Positions 8,720 through 18,074 of a DNA stretch of 64,000 nucleotides are shown here, one piece after another. A program made the position numbers and the translations under genes. Under the pieces are notes generated by a model. It saw nothing but the letters and a program-made list of their open reading frames with translations. It had not been told where the DNA came from and made no database searches. Numbering within the stretch: the first letter of the stretch is position 1; every line of letters begins with the position of its first letter. The stretch comes from Candidatus Latescibacterota bacterium (GTDB taxonomy: Bacteria > Krumholzibacteriota > Krumholzibacteriia > WVZY01 > JAKEHA01), in assembly GCA_963707635.1 (NCBI GenBank), contig OY970173.1:416001-480000 (forward strand), written 5' to 3'.

Positions 8720-9945
8720 TGTCGCGCGTGCACGACGTGGTGGTGGTCGGCGCGGGTCCGGCGGGAAGCGCCACCGCGCTCTACGCGGCGCGCGCCGGGC
8801 TCGACGTGGCCCTCGTCGACAAGCGGGTGTTCCCGCGCGACAAGATCTGCGGCGACGCCATCGCGCGCAAGAGTCTCGCGCATCTGCGGGAGCTGGGGCT
8901 GTTGGACCGCCTGAAGCTCACCGCCCACGAGTCCATCGGCCGCGCGGTGCTCTCCTCGCCGGATGGGCACGAGATCGCCGTCGACCTGTCGTCGGGCGGC
9001 GACCCGGCGCCCCACGCCGTGTGCCGCCGGGAGCTGTTCGACCACGTGCTTTTCGATGCGGCGCGCGGAGAAACCACCGCGCTCGAAGACGCCACCGTCA
9101 CCGATATCCTGCGTACCAACGGCCGCGTGACCGGTGTGGCCTGTCGAGTCGGCGGCCGCGAGAGAGACATTCACGCCCGCGTCGTCGTCGGGGCGGACGG
9201 CTTCGACTCCGTGGTGGCGCGGCGCCTCGGCTTCTATCGCCACGACTCGTCGCGCTGGTTCGTGGCGACCCGCGGTTACTACCGCGGCCTCGACGTCGCC
9301 CCCCGCACCGTCGAGGTGCATTTCGTCCGCGAGACGCTGCCGGGCTTCCTGTGGGTTTTTCCCACCGGCGACGGTGTCGCGAACGTCGGTCTCGGGCTCG
9401 TGCATCGGGACTTGAAACGCCGGCGCGTGCGCCTGCGCGACGTCCACGAAGCCGTGCTCCAGTCGCCCCGGTTTCGCGGCCGTTTTGCGCGCGCGGAGCG
9501 CGTCGGCAACGTTCATGGTTGGAATCTTCCGACGCCCGACCTGCGCCGCACGATCGCCGGCAACGGGTTTCTGCTGGTCGGCGACGCGGCCGGGCTCGTG
9601 GATCCATTCTCCGGCGAAGGCATCGGCAACGCGCTCGCCTCCGCGCGCGTCGCAGCCGATGCGATCGCGCAGGCGATTCGCGAAGACGAACCGGAGCGCG
9701 CCTTCGCGCAGTACCCGTCGCGCCTGTGGTCCGCGGTCGACGCGCGGGAGATCGCGCTTCACTATCGGCTGCGCTCGGTCGCGCGACGCGGACGCGTGAT
9801 CGACTTTGTGGTCGGCCGCGCGGGCGCCCACGCCGACGTACTGCAGTGGGTGCGCACCATGACCTCGGAGCACGGCGCCCTGGCCCACAAGCAGGACCTG
9901 CTCTCGCCGCTCACCTACGCACGATTGCTGCTTCGCCGCCGCTAG
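8719..9945 (+). CDS. Geranylgeranyl-reductase-family FAD-dependent oxidoreductase
   Basis: VVGAGPAGS, FPRDKICGD, GADGFDS and LVGDAAGLVDPFSGEGIGNA motifs; TGATG overlap with the LysE gene. Confidence 0.9.
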   Translation: MSRVHDVVVVGAGPAGSATALYAARAGLDVALVDKRVFPRDKICGDAIARKSLAHLRELGLLDRLKLTAHESIGRAVLSSPDGHEIAVDLSSGGDPAPHAVCRRELFDHVLFDAARGETTALEDATVTDILRTNGRVTGVACRVGGRERDIHARVVVGADGFDSVVARRLGFYRHDSSRWFVATRGYYRGLDVAPRTVEVHFVRETLPGFLWVFPTGDGVANVGLGLVHRDLKRRRVRLRDVHEAVLQSPRFRGRFARAERVGNVHGWNLPTPDLRRTIAGNGFLLVGDAAGLVDPFSGEGIGNALASARVAADAIAQAIREDEPERAFAQYPSRLWSAVDAREIALHYRLRSVARRGRVIDFVVGRAGAHADVLQWVRTMTSEHGALAHKQDLLSPLTYARLLLRRR

Positions 9946-10042
9946 CGCGTCGTGTGCTTGCGATGCCGAGCGCGAATTTCAAGAAGGCGGGCGGGACTAA
10001 CGTGGCTCCGAAGATGGCTATCTCCGGAGTCGGGCGCGCCGA

Positions 10043-10411
10043 CTACTTCGGCGACTCAAGGACGTCGCGCAGCGCGTTTTCGATTTCCGCCACGGTGAAG
10101 GGTTTTTCGACGACGCGGGTGGCGCCGAGGAGCTGGGCGCTCTGGAGAAACACGCGGTTGCTCGGCGCGCTCATCGCCACACAGCGGGTCATGGGACTCT
10201 CCCGCTGGAGATACATGATGACCTCGAGGCCATCCTTCTCCGGCATGAGAATGTCCGCAATCACGACGTCGAAGGACTCCTTGCGCAGCATTTCGATGGC
10301 CTGCTTGCCGTCGCTGGCTTCGCTCACGTCGTAACCTGTGCGCGTGAGCCACGTACGCAGCATGCTCCGTATCTGCGGCTCGTCGTCCACGACCAGAATT
10401 CGGCGTTGCAT
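10043..10411 (-). CDS. Single-domain response regulator (receiver)
   Basis: ILVVDDE, DILMPEKDG and KPF motifs; GGGAG SD before MQRRIL. Confidence 0.9.
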   Translation of the reverse strand: MQRRILVVDDEPQIRSMLRTWLTRTGYDVSEASDGKQAIEMLRKESFDVVIADILMPEKDGLEVIMYLQRESPMTRCVAMSAPSNRVFLQSAQLLGATRVVEKPFTVAEIENALRDVLESPK

Positions 10412-10694
10412 GGTTGGCTCCCGACTAAATGCCCGAACGGCCGGCACCCGAGCTTGACCCGCCGATTGCCCCACCTGGAATCCAGGGAAGCTCTAGTCCT
10501 CGCCCCGCCCCAAAGCATACCCGGAAATTACCCGTGTTTTAAAGGGCTTTTCTCGGTCGGGTGGCAAGGGCGGCCGGCACTCTATCCGGGCAATTCCTGG
10601 CTTGCAAACTGAAACCTGACTGGTGATATTTCCGTTAGTTTCTGCAAGAGGTTCGGAACACCGCACAGTTACCGATTCCTCCTCCTCCGCCAAC

Positions 10695-10710
10695 TGGCGG
10701 AATCTTTGCA
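10695..10710 (+). promoter_or_regulatory. Putative sigma54 (-24/-12) promoter
   Basis: TGGCGG-AATCT-TTGCA matches TGGCAC-N5-TTGCW spacing exactly; 13 nt upstream of ATG 10724. Confidence 0.45.
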
Positions 10711-10723
10711 AGACACCCGGCGA

Positions 10724-11485
10724 ATGCACTCACCGCTCCATATCACTTACGTCGGCCACGCCACGTGCCTGATCGAGATGAACGACGTCCGGATCCTCAC
10801 GGATCCGTTGTTGCGTGATCGCGTGGGGTACATTCGGCGCCAGTCCGCCGCAGTCGACCCGGCCCGCGTCGGCGGCATCGACGCGGTGCTCATCTCTCAC
10901 GCGCACCTCGATCACCTGGACCTGCCTTCGCTGCGCCGGCTCGGGCGCGACAAGCGGATGATCGTGCCCGAGGGGACCGGAAACATGCTCTTGCGCGACG
11001 GCTTCCAGGACGTCGAGGAAGTCCGGCCGGGTGACTGGACACGGGTGGGAGAGGTGGATATCCAGGCCACGGATGCCTCCCACGACGGCGCGCGTTACCC
11101 GTTCGGGCCCGAGTCCGAGACCGTCGGGTTCGTTCTCCACGGCGAGCGGGCGGTCTACTTCGCCGGCGACACCGATCTGTTTCCCGAGATGTCCGACATC
11201 CACGGCGCGCTGGACGTCGCACTGCTGCCGGTCTGGGGCTGGGGCCCGACGCTCGGTTCCGGGCACCTCACACCTCGCCGGGCCGCCGAATCGCTGACCA
11301 TGCTGCGACCGCGCACCGCCATCCCGATCCACTGGGGGACCTTCGCACCGCTGGGTTTCGGCTGGCTCCGGCCGCGCTTCCTGACGCTGCCGCCGTACGA
11401 CTTCGCGGACCACGCGAGCGATCTCGCGCCCGAGGTCGAGGTGCACGTCGTCCACCCCGGCAATTTGTTTCGCCTCCGCCATTGA
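10724..11485 (+). CDS. MBL-fold metallo-hydrolase (UlaG/NAPE-PLD-like)
   Basis: GHAT, TDP, SHAHLDHLD, YFAGDT and PIHWGTF motifs. Confidence 0.92.
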   Translation: MHSPLHITYVGHATCLIEMNDVRILTDPLLRDRVGYIRRQSAAVDPARVGGIDAVLISHAHLDHLDLPSLRRLGRDKRMIVPEGTGNMLLRDGFQDVEEVRPGDWTRVGEVDIQATDASHDGARYPFGPESETVGFVLHGERAVYFAGDTDLFPEMSDIHGALDVALLPVWGWGPTLGSGHLTPRRAAESLTMLRPRTAIPIHWGTFAPLGFGWLRPRFLTLPPYDFADHASDLAPEVEVHVVHPGNLFRLRH

Positions 11486-11506
11486 TGTCCCCTCATAATT
11501 GACCCG

Positions 11507-13573
11507 ATGGGTCATCGAGCCTCCCCCTACTCGCTAGCGCGAAGAGTAGCGGCGTTGTGGACCATCGAGGTGGCAGCCCTGTGGCTCCTCGCCCGCGTGC
11601 TGCCCGGCTTGAGCCTCGAAGGGTGGGGCGCCGCCGTGCTCGGCGTGGCGGTCATCGGGTTCGCCAACGCGCTCGTCCGCCCGATTCTGCTCTTCCTCAC
11701 GCTTCCGTTCACGGTTCTGTCGTTCGGATTCCTCACCCTCGGGCTGAATGCGCTCATCCTGTGGCTGGCGGCGCTCGCCGTTCCCGGCCTGCACGTGAGC
11801 AGTTTCTGGGGAGGCTTCGCCGCCGCCCTCGGCCTGTCCGCGGTCAACACCGCTGCCACGTCGCTGTTGGCATTCGACGAAGAAGACTCGGTCTACCGGA
11901 ACATCGTCAAGCGCATGGCGCGCCGGAGTCATCCGCTGGCGGAGAACCCGACTCCGGGGCTCGTGTTCGTGGAGTTCGACGGTCTTTCGGCGGGCGTGCT
12001 CGAGCGCGCGATCCGTGCCGGATACCTTCCCACGCTCGCGCGCTGGGTCGAGCGCGGAACCCATCGGATCGTGAGCTGGGACTGCGGGGTGCCGTCGCAG
12101 ACCTCGTCGGTCCAGGCGGGAATTCTGTTTGGCAACAATTTCGACATCCCGGGGTTCCGCTGGTACGAGAAGTCGACCGGCGAAATGGTGGTCTCAAACG
12201 ACCCCGCCGACGCCCGGCGCATCGAGCAACGCGTCTCCCGGGGCGCCGGACTCCTGCGCGAGAACGGGATCAGTGTGTTCAACATGTTCACGGGGGACGC
12301 CCGCCGGAGCGTAGCGACCATCAGCACGCTCGCGACCTCGGTGCACGAGGTTCGTGAAGCCAGCTCGACCTATTTCACGTTTTTCGTCAATCCGTACAAC
12401 TTCACGCGCGCACTGGTGTTCATGGCGTGGGAACTGGCGGTCGAGCGGTGGGAGGCGATTCGGCAGTCGCTCCGTGGCGTGCGCCCGAGGGTGTCGCGCG
12501 GAGGCGGATTCCCGTTTCTGCGCGCGATGTCGACGATCTTCCAACGCGACTTCGGGACGCACGCGTTGATGAGCGAAATGTTCGCGGGGGTTCCCATCGC
12601 GTACCTGACGTTCGTGGGCTACGACGTCGTCGCGCATCACGCCGGCCCCGAGCGCCGCGACGCGCTTCGCGTGCTCCGGCACCTCGACCGGCGCGTCGCG
12701 ATGCTCGAACGCACGGGACAGGACGCCCCGCGACCGTACCGGTTCGTTGTGCTCTCCGACCACGGCCAGACGCCGAGCGTGCCGTTCCGCCAGCGGCATG
12801 GCCACTCACTCGACCAGGTGGTGCGTCGCCTGGTGAGCGAGTCGCGCACCGTCCACGCGGCGCCCGAGCACGTCGAGAGCTGGGGGCACCTGAACGCGTT
12901 GCTCTCCGAAGCGATTCGTCACGAGCGCCTGGCTGGACGGGCGGCACGCGGCCTCCTGCGGCGGCGGACCCGCGAGGGAGTTGTGGAGCTGGGAACGAGC
13001 CGCCAGCCCGCGCAGGGCGACGTGATCGTGTGCGCGTCCGGGAACCTCGGGCTGATCTATCTCACGCACGTGAGCGATCGCGTCACGCTCGAGGATATCG
13101 CCACCCAGTTTCCCGGGTTGATCGAAGGCCTCGTCGCCCACGATGGTATCGGCTTCGTGATGGTCCGCTCGGCCGCACACGGCCCGGTGGCCATGGGGCG
13201 CGATGGCGTCCATTACCTGCGGGAGCACATCATCGAAGGGACCGACCCGCTCGCGGAGTACGGCCCGCACGCGGCCGCCCAGCTCGAGCGGCTCGACGGC
13301 TTCCCCCACAGCGGCGACGTGGTGGTCAATGGCCGCTACCATCCCGCCGACGGCTTCGTCGAGAGCTTCGAGGAAATGGTGGGTGCCCACGGCGGTCTCG
13401 GCGGCGCCCAGACCGAGGCGTTTCTGATGGCGCCGCGCAATTGGCCGCTTCCATCCACCACCATGCACAGCCCCGAAGAGATCCATCAGGTGTTCGTGCG
13501 CTGGCGCGACACCATCGCCGCCGGCCGCGAGCCGTCCGGCCGCGTGGACGGGGCCGGCAGCGATGCCCTATAG
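11507..13573 (+). CDS. Holin-like membrane domain fused to an alkaline-phosphatase-superfamily (phosphodiesterase) domain
   Basis: N-terminal NALVRPILLFLTLP; C-terminal EFDGLS, PSQTSSVQAG, GYDVVAHHAGP, VLSDHGQ and GAHGGLGG. Confidence 0.85.
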   Translation: MGHRASPYSLARRVAALWTIEVAALWLLARVLPGLSLEGWGAAVLGVAVIGFANALVRPILLFLTLPFTVLSFGFLTLGLNALILWLAALAVPGLHVSSFWGGFAAALGLSAVNTAATSLLAFDEEDSVYRNIVKRMARRSHPLAENPTPGLVFVEFDGLSAGVLERAIRAGYLPTLARWVERGTHRIVSWDCGVPSQTSSVQAGILFGNNFDIPGFRWYEKSTGEMVVSNDPADARRIEQRVSRGAGLLRENGISVFNMFTGDARRSVATISTLATSVHEVREASSTYFTFFVNPYNFTRALVFMAWELAVERWEAIRQSLRGVRPRVSRGGGFPFLRAMSTIFQRDFGTHALMSEMFAGVPIAYLTFVGYDVVAHHAGPERRDALRVLRHLDRRVAMLERTGQDAPRPYRFVVLSDHGQTPSVPFRQRHGHSLDQVVRRLVSESRTVHAAPEHVESWGHLNALLSEAIRHERLAGRAARGLLRRRTREGVVELGTSRQPAQGDVIVCASGNLGLIYLTHVSDRVTLEDIATQFPGLIEGLVAHDGIGFVMVRSAAHGPVAMGRDGVHYLREHIIEGTDPLAEYGPHAAAQLERLDGFPHSGDVVVNGRYHPADGFVESFEEMVGAHGGLGGAQTEAFLMAPRNWPLPSTTMHSPEEIHQVFVRWRDTIAAGREPSGRVDGAGSDAL

Positions 13574-13581
13574 TCGAACCC

Positions 13582-15219
13582 GTGAGTGAACGCCCGTCGC
13601 AATCCCCGGGGGACCGCCGCCGGATCCAGGAACTCAGCCTCGAGATCGAACAGCTGCGCGCGGAGCTCTACGAGTATCGCCGCGCGCAGGAGTCCGTCCG
13701 CGATACGGCGCAGCGGCTGCGCGCCGTGGTGGAGCACGCCCCGATCGTCGTGTTTGCGGTCGATCGCGACGGCGTGTTCACCCTGTCGGAGGGCCGGGGA
13801 CTGGAGTCGCTCGGGCTCAAGCCCGGCCAGGTGGTCGGAATCTCGGCGCTCGACCTGTACAAGGACGTTCCCCAGATTCAGGAGAACCTGCGCAGGTGCC
13901 TGGCCGGGGAAGCGGTCAATGACGTGGTTCGCGTGGGCGACCTCGTGTTCGAGTCGATCTACACCCCGAGGCGCAACGCCGCCGGGGTCGTCATCGGAGT
14001 CTCGGGCGTCGCCTGGGAGGTCACACAGCGTGTGCGGGCGGAAGAGGCGGCGAAAGCACTCGAGGCCCAGCTCTTCCAGGCCCAGAAGATGGAGACCATC
14101 GGCACCCTGGCCGGTGGTATCGCGCATGATTTCAATAACATCCTCTCACCCATCCTCGGCTACACCGACCTCGCATTGAGCCTGCTGGACGCGAATCACC
14201 CGGTGCGAGAGGACCTCGAGCAGGTGATCCGCGCCGCGCACCGCGCCAAGGAACTCGTCGAGCAGATTCTTATTTTTTCCCGGCGCGGGGACGAAATGAG
14301 GCGTCCGTTGCAGCTTCATCTGATCGTCCTCGAAGCGCTCAAGTTGATCCGGTCGTCGTTGCCCTCGACGATCGAGGTCGAGCAGCACGTGGAGACCCGG
14401 GACGACACCGTGTTCGCCGACCCCGCCCAGATGCACCAGGTATTCATCAATCTGTGCACCAACGCCGCGCACGCGATGCGGGAAACCAACGGCGTTCTGC
14501 GGATCGAAATGGCGCGCGAGACGGTGGACGCCCACACCGCCGCCCGTATCCAGGGACTCAAGCCCGGCGACTACGTCGTGCTTACCGTCCGGGATCAGGG
14601 GGAAGGCATGGAACCCACCACCCAGGCGCGCATCTTCGAGCCGTTCTTTACCACCAAGAAGCCCGGCGAGGGCACGGGCCTCGGGCTCTCCGTGGTGCAC
14701 GGCATCGTGATGAGCCACGGGGGTGCGATCGATGTGACCAGTCAGCGCGGTCAGGGAACTACGTTTCGAGTGTATCTGCCGAGCGCGCCACCCGCGGCAG
14801 CGGACACGGAGAGTGCGCGCGTGCCGGACACGGCGGCGCGAGGCGAGCACATTCTCGTCGTCGACGACGAACCGGACGTCACGCGGGTGCTGACCAGGAT
14901 CCTCGAATCACAGGGATACCGGGTAACGGCGCTGACCTCGAGCGAAGCGGCGCTGGCGGCGTTTCGGCGTGCCCCGGCCGATTTCGCGGCCGTTATCACG
15001 GACCAGACCATGCCGCGCATGACCGGCGTTGAGCTCGCCCGCGAGATTCATGCGGTGAGCGAGCGGACACCGGTGATTCTCACCACCGGCTATCGGGGAA
15101 AGCTCACCGCCGATGCGGTCGCACGCGACATCGCCGCGGTGGCGGCCAAGCCGTTCGACGTGATGACCCTCACCGCCACGCTCCGCGCCGCGCTCGATGG
15201 CACCGGGGAGCAGGGCTAG
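13582..15219 (+). CDS. PAS-domain hybrid sensor histidine kinase/response regulator (CckA-like architecture)
   Basis: PAS region, GGIAHDFNNIL H-box, NLCTNA, DQGEGM, FEPFFTTK, GTGLGL and a C-terminal receiver. Start set at GTG 13582. Confidence 0.92.
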   Translation: MSERPSQSPGDRRRIQELSLEIEQLRAELYEYRRAQESVRDTAQRLRAVVEHAPIVVFAVDRDGVFTLSEGRGLESLGLKPGQVVGISALDLYKDVPQIQENLRRCLAGEAVNDVVRVGDLVFESIYTPRRNAAGVVIGVSGVAWEVTQRVRAEEAAKALEAQLFQAQKMETIGTLAGGIAHDFNNILSPILGYTDLALSLLDANHPVREDLEQVIRAAHRAKELVEQILIFSRRGDEMRRPLQLHLIVLEALKLIRSSLPSTIEVEQHVETRDDTVFADPAQMHQVFINLCTNAAHAMRETNGVLRIEMARETVDAHTAARIQGLKPGDYVVLTVRDQGEGMEPTTQARIFEPFFTTKKPGEGTGLGLSVVHGIVMSHGGAIDVTSQRGQGTTFRVYLPSAPPAAADTESARVPDTAARGEHILVVDDEPDVTRVLTRILESQGYRVTALTSSEAALAAFRRAPADFAAVITDQTMPRMTGVELAREIHAVSERTPVILTTGYRGKLTADAVARDIAAVAAKPFDVMTLTATLRAALDGTGEQG

Positions 15220-15437
15220 CGCTTCAGCGCGGCAACGATCTCGTCGTTAGACGGAAATCGTCCCGTCTCCTTCTTCGAAAACACCAGCGTGCCCTCGCGA
15301 CGAATCTCAAACGCGCCACCCTTCGACTTGATCAGTTCGATCTCGATGGCGGGAAATGCCTTTTCGAGCGCGGCCCTCAAACTGAGGGCCTTGGGAGTGT
15401 AGTCTCAGGGAATGCAGTACTCGATCGACACACGCAT
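15216..15437 (-). CDS. SelT/SelW/SelH (Rdx) family selenoprotein, 73 aa, CxxU motif
   Basis: MRVSIEYCIP-U(TGA 15407-15405)-DYTPKALSLRAALEKAFPAIEIELIKSKGGAFEIRREGTLVFSKKETGRFPSNDEIVAALKR. GGAGG SD and downstream SECIS-like hairpin present. Confidence 0.9.
15372..15390 (-). promoter_or_regulatory. Bacterial SECIS-like hairpin of the Rdx gene
   Basis: GGCCCUC-AGUUU-GAGGGCC begins 14 nt after the UGA; loop GU at +23/+24. Confidence 0.75.
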
Positions 15438-15480
15438 AACAGACCTCCCGGGGCGCGGCACCTTGAACGAGCTTTAACCG

Positions 15481-15509
15481 AGAGTAGGAGAGCCACTCTA
15501 CTGCGTCAA
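15481..15509 (-). promoter_or_regulatory. sigma70 promoter for the Rdx selenoprotein gene
   Basis: Minus strand TTGACG-17 nt-TACTCT, with an AGTAG/CTACT inverted repeat across the spacer and -10. Confidence 0.55.
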
Positions 15510-15633
15510 CCCGCGCCACGTTTTCAATTGATTCCTCTGCAATCAGATAGTGGAAGGCTTTAACCGATCTTCACGACGCCGTCGAAGCACTTGCATGTCA
15601 TCAAACCAGTTAGACATTTGCCCGAGCTCCGCT

Positions 15634-15752
15634 TGTGGAAAAACACCCCCACGCACCTGCGCGAGAGGCTGTAACTCCATTGTTGGCAAAGTGAACGCCG
15701 TGGCGTCCAGAATCAATAAGTTATGCACAACGAAGTGCCGGTTTGTGGAAAA
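15634..15752. promoter_or_regulatory. Cluster of three DnaA boxes plus an IHF-consensus site
   Basis: TGTGGAAAA 15634-15642, TTATGCACA 15721-15729, TGTGGAAAA 15744-15752; AATCAATAAGTTA 15711-15723 matches WATCAANNNNTTR. Confidence 0.55.
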
Positions 15753-15776
15753 CATCCGGACGGCCGGGTGACGTCC

Positions 15777-15817
15777 AAAAGCAAGCACGCCCCCGGGCTC
15801 GAGGCCCGGAGGCGTGC
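15777..15817 (-). terminator. Intrinsic terminator after the bactofilin gene
   Basis: Minus strand hairpin GCACGCCTCCGGGC...GCCCGGGGGCGTGC followed by TTGCTTTT. Confidence 0.65.
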
Positions 15818-15846
15818 AGTCCGACATTCCAGCGGGAACGCGGAGG

Positions 15847-16308
15847 CTATCGTACGGTGATGGGCTCGGGACGCTTCTCTTCCTTGCGAACCCACGCAGC
15901 GTCGGGTTCCTTGTGCGCGCCCGTGCTCGTGCTCGCGGTCGCACCCGCGCCCGCCTGCGAGCCCATCTTGCAGTTGCCCTCGAAGAACACGCCCTCGTCG
16001 ATGACGAGGCGGGCGGTCTGGATATCGCCCTCGACGTGCGAACCGCTCTGGAGCTCGATCTTGTTCGCCGCCGCGATATTCCCAATCAGCTTGCCGCCGA
16101 TGACTGCGTTCTTCACCTTGATTTCGGCCTTTACTACGCCCGACTTGCCGATGATCAGCGTGTCCGGGCATGAGATCGACCCCTCGAACTGGCCGTCGAT
16201 ACGAATCGTACCCTGCAGCTCGATGTCGCCCTTGATCTTGCATCCCTGGCCGAGCATCGAGTTCAGCGTCCCCTGGGTCGTGGTGACTTCTCCGTCCTTA
16301 CCAAACAT
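15847..16308 (-). CDS. Bactofilin (polymer-forming cytoskeletal protein, CcmA family)
   Basis: IKGDIELQGTIRIDGQFEGSI...IDEGVFFEGNCKM; GAGGAGG SD before MFGKDG. Confidence 0.92.
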   Translation of the reverse strand: MFGKDGEVTTTQGTLNSMLGQGCKIKGDIELQGTIRIDGQFEGSISCPDTLIIGKSGVVKAEIKVKNAVIGGKLIGNIAAANKIELQSGSHVEGDIQTARLVIDEGVFFEGNCKMGSQAGAGATASTSTGAHKEPDAAWVRKEEKRPEPITVR

Positions 16309-16392
16309 TGCTTTCGCCTCCTCGTTCGACTGAGTCGTCTTGAAGCCAGATTTCAACATGATGTTCCGGACCCCCTCCAGCTGGACCGCTGT

Positions 16393-17193
16393 CTAGTTCA
16401 GCAGGTACTTCCGTGGATCGACGGGCACGCCGTTCTCTCGAACCTCGAAGTGAAGATGTGGGGCCGTACTCTTGCCGGTGCTCCCGACGAAGGCGATAGT
16501 CTTACCACGGGTTACCCGGTCCCCGACGTTTACCAGATTCCGGGAGTTATGTCCATACACGGAGCGAAGTCCGTACCCGTGGTCGATCTCGACCATCCAT
16601 CCGTAGGTCTCGTCGAAACCGCTCATTTCGACGACACCGTCCGCCACCGCGAACACCGGCGTCTCTCGCGGGGCAGCAATGTCCATGCCCGGGTGATAGT
16701 CCGGGTCCTTTTCGCCGCCGGTTACATGAAATTCCTTTGTAACAAAGCCCTTTAGAGGCCACATCGAGGGCATCGAGTCGAGCATGAGCCGTTGCTCACC
16801 CGCACCGACCGCACCGGCTTCTTCCTCAAAAGAGATGGAAGGACTTTGGTCGGTCGGTGAGAGGCTTGCCACCAGCGTGCTGTCGTCGGGCGAGAGTGCG
16901 ATCCCGAGCATCGACTTGAGCTGAAGCCCCAGCGCATGCAGGCGCAGCATCTCGACCTTGAGGGAGTCGACTTCCGCCAGGCGGGTCCGCAAGGCGTCGT
17001 TCTCATGGGTCAGGGTCATCGATCGGTGCGCGGCCGTGGCGACCCGGCCGTAGGTGACGACGAATGCGAAGCCGGCGATCATCCCGACCGTGGCCAGGAT
17101 GACGAACGCGATCGCCCACCGGTACGAAACGCGGAAGTTCCACGTCGTCCGGTTATCATGGGGAACGACGATGACGGAGAACTGCTTGGACAT
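16393..17193 (-). CDS. M23 family metallopeptidase
   Basis: HPGMDIA, YGHNS and STAPHLHFEV motifs; N-terminal TM segment and coiled coil. Confidence 0.92.
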   Translation of the reverse strand: MSKQFSVIVVPHDNRTTWNFRVSYRWAIAFVILATVGMIAGFAFVVTYGRVATAAHRSMTLTHENDALRTRLAEVDSLKVEMLRLHALGLQLKSMLGIALSPDDSTLVASLSPTDQSPSISFEEEAGAVGAGEQRLMLDSMPSMWPLKGFVTKEFHVTGGEKDPDYHPGMDIAAPRETPVFAVADGVVEMSGFDETYGWMVEIDHGYGLRSVYGHNSRNLVNVGDRVTRGKTIAFVGSTGKSTAPHLHFEVRENGVPVDPRKYLLN

Positions 17194-17204
17194 CTCCGGT
17201 CCCG

Positions 17205-18074
17205 TCAGCGCGGAAGCGGCACTCGCATCAGGGAGGCGAGTCGTTCGAAGTCGTCGTAGGTGTAGAATTCGATCGCGATCCGGCCCTTGCCACCTCGCTT
17301 TTCGTCGATCGAAACACGGGTTCCCAGATGCTGTGAGAACGCGCGCTCCAGATCCGTCAGGTGGGCCGGTTTCTCCTTCGGCGGCCGGCCCATGGACTCC
17401 TTGCGCCGGCGAACCAGCCCGACTTCGGCCTCCACCTGGCGAACGCTCAAGTTGTGCTGGACGATCCGGTGCGCGAGGGCGGTCTGTTCCTTCTGGGTAG
17501 GGAGCGTCAGGAGGGCTCTCGCGTGCCCGCCCGTTATCGCCTCCGCCTCCACCATTTTCTGGACTTCCTCCGGCAGGTTCAACAGGCGCAACGTATTGGC
17601 CACGGAACTGCGATCCTTGCCCACCATCGTGGCCACATCGCCCTGCGAAATACCGAACTCCGAAATCAGCCGCCGATAGGCCTGGGCCTCCTCGATCGCG
17701 TTGAGGTTCTCCCGCTGGATGTTTTCCACGATCGCGAGCCGCAGCGCGTCGGCGTCCTTCACGTCGCGCACCACCACCGGAATCGACGGCATTCCCGCCA
17801 GGCGCGCCGCCTGCAGACGCCGCTCGCCCATGATCAGTTCGAAGTGCGCGCCCTTGCGGCGCACGACCACCGGTTGCAGAACGCCGTCGTTGCGGATGCT
17901 GTCGGCGAGCTCCTTGAGCCGCGTATCGTCGAAATTGCGGCGCGGCTGGAACGGATTCGCCTCGATCACGTCGATGGAAACCTCGGTCACTTTTTCACCC
18001 GGCTGGGGTTCCGCCACGGCCGGACCTGGAATCAATGCTTCGAGCCCGCGACCCAACACTTTCCTAGTGGACAT
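17205..18074 (-). CDS. parB: Chromosome partitioning protein ParB/Spo0J
   Basis: [43 protein letters not shown] and GHARAL. Confidence 0.97.
   Translation of the reverse strand: MSTRKVLGRGLEALIPGPAVAEPQPGEKVTEVSIDVIEANPFQPRRNFDDTRLKELADSIRNDGVLQPVVVRRKGAHFELIMGERRLQAARLAGMPSIPVVVRDVKDADALRLAIVENIQRENLNAIEEAQAYRRLISEFGISQGDVATMVGKDRSSVANTLRLLNLPEEVQKMVEAEAITGGHARALLTLPTQKEQTALAHRIVQHNLSVRQVEAEVGLVRRRKESMGRPPKEKPAHLTDLERAFSQHLGTRVSIDEKRGGKGRIAIEFYTYDDFERLASLMRVPLPR

Noticed and set aside
3525..13573. Holin-like genes as evidence of a prophage
   Set aside because: The YvlD/DUF360 family is common on chromosomes, and there is no integrase, capsid, terminase or endolysin gene nearby.
15440..15520. 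CCTTGAAC motif and GGCGCGG/CCGCGCC pairing suggesting 6S RNA
   Set aside because: Too short for the 6S rod structure, and better explained as the promoter and leader of the Rdx gene.
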